A stretch of 64,000 nucleotides of DNA from Pavona decussata (lineage: Eukaryota), in the NCBI GenBank assembly GCA_977016875.1, contig CDRNST010000119.1, positions 682,001 to 746,000 on the forward strand. The letters are read 5' to 3'. Every line of letters begins with the position of its first letter. Positions within the stretch are counted from its first letter, which is position 1. The position numbers and the translations under genes were made by a program. Of this stretch, positions 60,655 to 64,000 are shown in pieces. The notes beneath the pieces are model-generated. The model ran no database searches, was not told the DNA's origin, and saw nothing but the letters and a program-made list of their open reading frames with translations.

Positions 60655-61254
60655 AATCTTAAAAGGGCATCTGCAATATTTGTCTTGCCAAGCTTGCAGG
60701 CGAAGGACCGATCGCTCCACTCTAGGAGAAGGTTTAGAGGACTTGTTGTAGATGTACTGTAGAGATTTATGGTCAGTTTCCAACTCAAACTCTCGGCCAA
60801 AAACATGCAGCTGGAATCTCTCGCAAGCCAATGTAAGACTTTCTTTCTCTGTTTGTGAATATCTTCTTTTCACATCAGTAAAATTCCTTGACGCCTATGA
60901 AACAACTCTCCACATGCCATCTTGCAGCTGAGTTAGGACAGCTCCTATACTGGTGGGACCAGCATCAGCAACGATCTGTGTTCTGCATTCATTTCTGAAG
61001 TTAGCAAGTGTTTCTGTTCGGATTAGTAGATCTTTCAATTTCTGAAAAGACTTCTGCTGGACATCTCCCCAGACAAACTGCTGATCCTTTCTTGTAAGCT
61101 CAGCAACGTGGGCAAAATCTGGTAAAAACATGGCACAATACTGCACTAGCCCCAGGAAAGATCTAACTTCTGTGGTAGTTTGTGGAACCTTGGCATTTTG
61201 AATTGCAGCTACCTTCTCTTCATTGGGTGAAATTCCTTTACTGTTTAGATCATG

Positions 61255-62293
61255 CAGGGCACGAAATTAATTTTTTTCTTAAGGAGACATTTGGCTCCTA
61301 AATATTCCAAAGTGGTCGCCAAGTCCAAAAAGTTAGTAGCCATTTTTTTCCGAAACGAAAACAAAAAATATTGAAAATGCGTTATCATGGATGACAATAT
61401 CAAATCGTAAGCTTTCCTAGCATTAGGAATGCGTTGACGGTTTTCTTGATGTCTAAAGAATAGCAAACAACAATTCTGGTCACAGTAAAAAATGAAGATC
61501 ACCAACATTTCATCACATGGTAAGTTTTTTTTATTTTTGGAAATTATTCAAAATTCACAGTTCAAAATGAGCTGAACAACCACGAGCAAACGCAAGACTC
61601 ATTTTCGTCTCATCGCCTACCAAAACCAACGAAACAACATTGAAAAGACAGTTTCCATCAGCAGAAGTGATAGTGGCTGCTATTTCTTGTCGTAAAGGAA
61701 TATCCTCTAGTACCAGGGACATTGCCAATTTGTCTTTCGGTAATCCCACGTGGCCATGGAGCGGCAACGTGCGAAAAAACTTCTTGTCGGCATATTTTTC
61801 TTCCACGACCCATGCGAATTCCAAAACCTCATCCTTGGTCCCGGTTGTACGCGCACCAATATTTGAAATAAATTTTCCTAATCCTCGTCAACGCTCATTT
61901 TAAATTTAAATCACTCGGTGACATGAATATTAATGAAAGTCCGAGTAACGGAATCCGCCATCTTGGATTTTCAGAGGTCTCATGTGGTCATGTTCTGAGC
62001 CCGCAATATGTACTGGTAGCAAAAGGGACATTTGACTGCACAATATACAACGTAGCATCTAAATTCTCCAAGATGGCAGATGTTGACGGAGAGTTCGTGA
62101 TGGTTTTGCTACAAATAAACCTCGCCATTCGCACCGATTTTTTTTCAAGCTTTATTTTATTGCACAATACATAAAAGTAGGATAAAGCAAAGGGCTCTGG
62201 TCGCCAATGTGGCGACTAACTTTCAAATCTTGGTCGCCAACACCGATAACTCAGGTGCATTGGCGACTGTATCAGGCGCAATTTCATGCCCTG
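61255..62293 (-). mobile_element. hAT-like element with a 5-bp TSD (hAT5 type) and an OTU/vertnin-like remnant
   Basis: TIR cagggcacgaaatt / aatttcatgccctg; TSD tcatg; the Gypsy frame FFEHD|LNS is restored; internal SADGNCLFNVVSLVLVGDE. Confidence 0.8.
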
Positions 62294-63392
62294 TCATGTT
62301 CAAAGAATGTTAACCTTGGAAGCCTAAACGACACTTCTTCTCATTCAGGGTCAAGCCACATTCCATGAGATAGTGAAGGACAGCTTTACAGATTCTCGTC
62401 ATGCTCCTGAATGCTACATCCATGGATTGCTAGATCATCTGCAATATTTGCAACTCCCTTACAGCCCACCAGTGTGTCCTTGACAATCTTCTGGTACTTA
62501 TCCGTAGCCGAGGTAATTCCAAACATTAACCTCTTATATTGATAAAGACCTCTGTGAGTAATGAACGTAGTAATTTGACGTGATTCTGCATCAACTTCTA
62601 CCTGGAAGGGAAGCCCCACTTCGAATGTAATTTATTGCACACCATAGAACCATTCAATTCGTGCAGAACTTCTTCAACCGTGGGGATCGGGTGCCATTCT
62701 CTTTCAGTTGCTTCATTGGCTTTTCTCATGTCCACGCAGATGCGGATACCTCTGTCTGGCTTTGGTACTACCACAAGTGGTGAGACCCACTGGGTTGGAC
62801 CACTCGGTACCTTGTTAATGATGTCCTCTTTTACAAGTTCAACCAGCTTCTTGTCGACTTTATTCCTCAAACCAAAGGGTAGTCTTCTGACTGGTTGTGC
62901 GACAGGCTTAACATCTTTATTCATATGCAGTTTCAACTGATGATCTTTTAATTTATCCACTCCAGTAAACACATAGCAAACTTCTTGACAATGTCCACAG
63001 AATTCCCTTCACTTGTGATTGAGTATGCCTCAGGCAAGTTTGGCGGTCCAGCCCTTAACACGAGCAGTTTTTCAGCTGCGTCCTTTCCCAGCAGAGCTTT
63101 ACCTTGACCTTCAACAACAGTAAACTCCTCCACACAAGTTTCTCCAGACTCCTCACAATAAATTTCACTTTGAAATGTTTTAACCACTTCCATTGGTTCT
63201 GTTTGGCCATATGCAAACAGCTTCCTTTCACATTTTCGGGACTGGCACTGCACCCTTTTTGCTTCAAAATCTCCCATTGAGCACGATCCACAATGTTACA
63301 TGTTGCACCAGAGTCAATAAGAACATTGAACGCTTTTTGGACTTCCTTGGACTTAAAACAAACAGCAAAATGACCGAGAAAACCACACATAC

Positions 63393-63575
63393 GGTTACCT
63401 TATACCTTTAGAGGTTTCTTCACAGGTGTCTCGCGTTCAGGCGATGTAGCGCATCCGGTTTAAACTGTAGATACCTACACCCTTATATCAAATTAAAGCT
63501 TATAGAGCTGGCTATCAAACTAAACCAAGAATTTTGAAATAAAATGAAATATCGAATTTTTCACGACCTCTAAAT
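63393..63575. mobile_element. Truncated second copy of the 58673-59376 MITE (one end only)
   Basis: Aligns to 58673-~58845 (ggttaccttatacct...ttcacgacct.taaat). Confidence 0.88.
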
Positions 63576-64000
63576 TCACATGATATAGCCTTCTGATGCA
63601 AACGGCAAACAAACTGATCGATAGTCTCGCCATCCAGTCGTTGCATTTGACGAAATTGATGACGCTCAAAAGGAACATTGACTTTAGGCATGAAATAACC
63701 ATCAAGGGCTGTTAAACAATCATTGAAAGTGGTTCCTTGGTCTTCAGGTACCAAAGTGTAGAAGACTTCTTGTAATGCCATATCTCCTGAGTGTGACAAC
63801 AATGCCACTTTCTCTCTATCGTTTGTCATGCCTTTCAATGCCACGTAGAGGTTGAAAACTCGCTTCCATCGAACTGAAAGTGAATTTGGCTCACCTTTGG
63901 GGTCGAAGCAAGTTAGGCCACAGACTTCTAACACTTGTTTCACAGTCGCCCCACCGGGTGTTAGTGGACGATGTGTTCAACTCACTCGCTTGCTCCTTAG

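Larger units (their letters stand above)
57186..64000 (-). mobile_element. Decayed Gypsy LTR retrotransposon (gag, PR, RT, RH, IN, PPT, 3' LTR) with four nested insertions
   Basis: gag FERHQFRQM...ETIDQFVCRL; CGFLGHFAVC; LIDSGATCN; RRLPFGLR, RICVDMRKAN, YKRLMFG, IADDL; ADAGP, TDHKSL; VVVDYYSRF, LAYRTTPHSSTGVTPA; PPT at 57348-57356. Confidence 0.93.

Overview
Eukaryotic, AT-rich sequence, most likely from a cnidarian (probably a stony coral; inferred from the transposon repertoire). I found no intact host gene, rRNA, tRNA or CRISPR array. The window is a dense, nested transposon graveyard. Retroelements: BEL/Pao x2, Gypsy x2, Copia, a near-intact full-length L1/Tx1, two L2/Crack-type 3' fragments and two Penelope fragments, each with a minimal hammerhead ribozyme. 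DNA elements: Academ and AcademH (RecQ helicase remnants), piggyBac x3, Sola3, Kolobok, Merlin, ISL2EU (THAP-DDE plus YqaJ), CGGBP1-like hAT, a 5-bp-TSD hAT-like element, Crypton and several MITEs. Many ends could be fixed by TIRs, TSDs and restoration of the interrupted reading frame. The main candidate for an undescribed system is a TIR- and TSD-bounded Merlin transposon (15825-23596) that carries a divergently oriented zinc-finger/coiled-coil/CCDC106-like gene, whose last codons were split off by the L1. Other points of note: a DUF3987-like P-loop NTPase pseudogene, two tandem amplifications that straddle transposon left junctions, and a strong minus-strand bias of insertions resembling a uni-strand piRNA cluster. 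All family assignments come from motif recognition by eye, not database searches.
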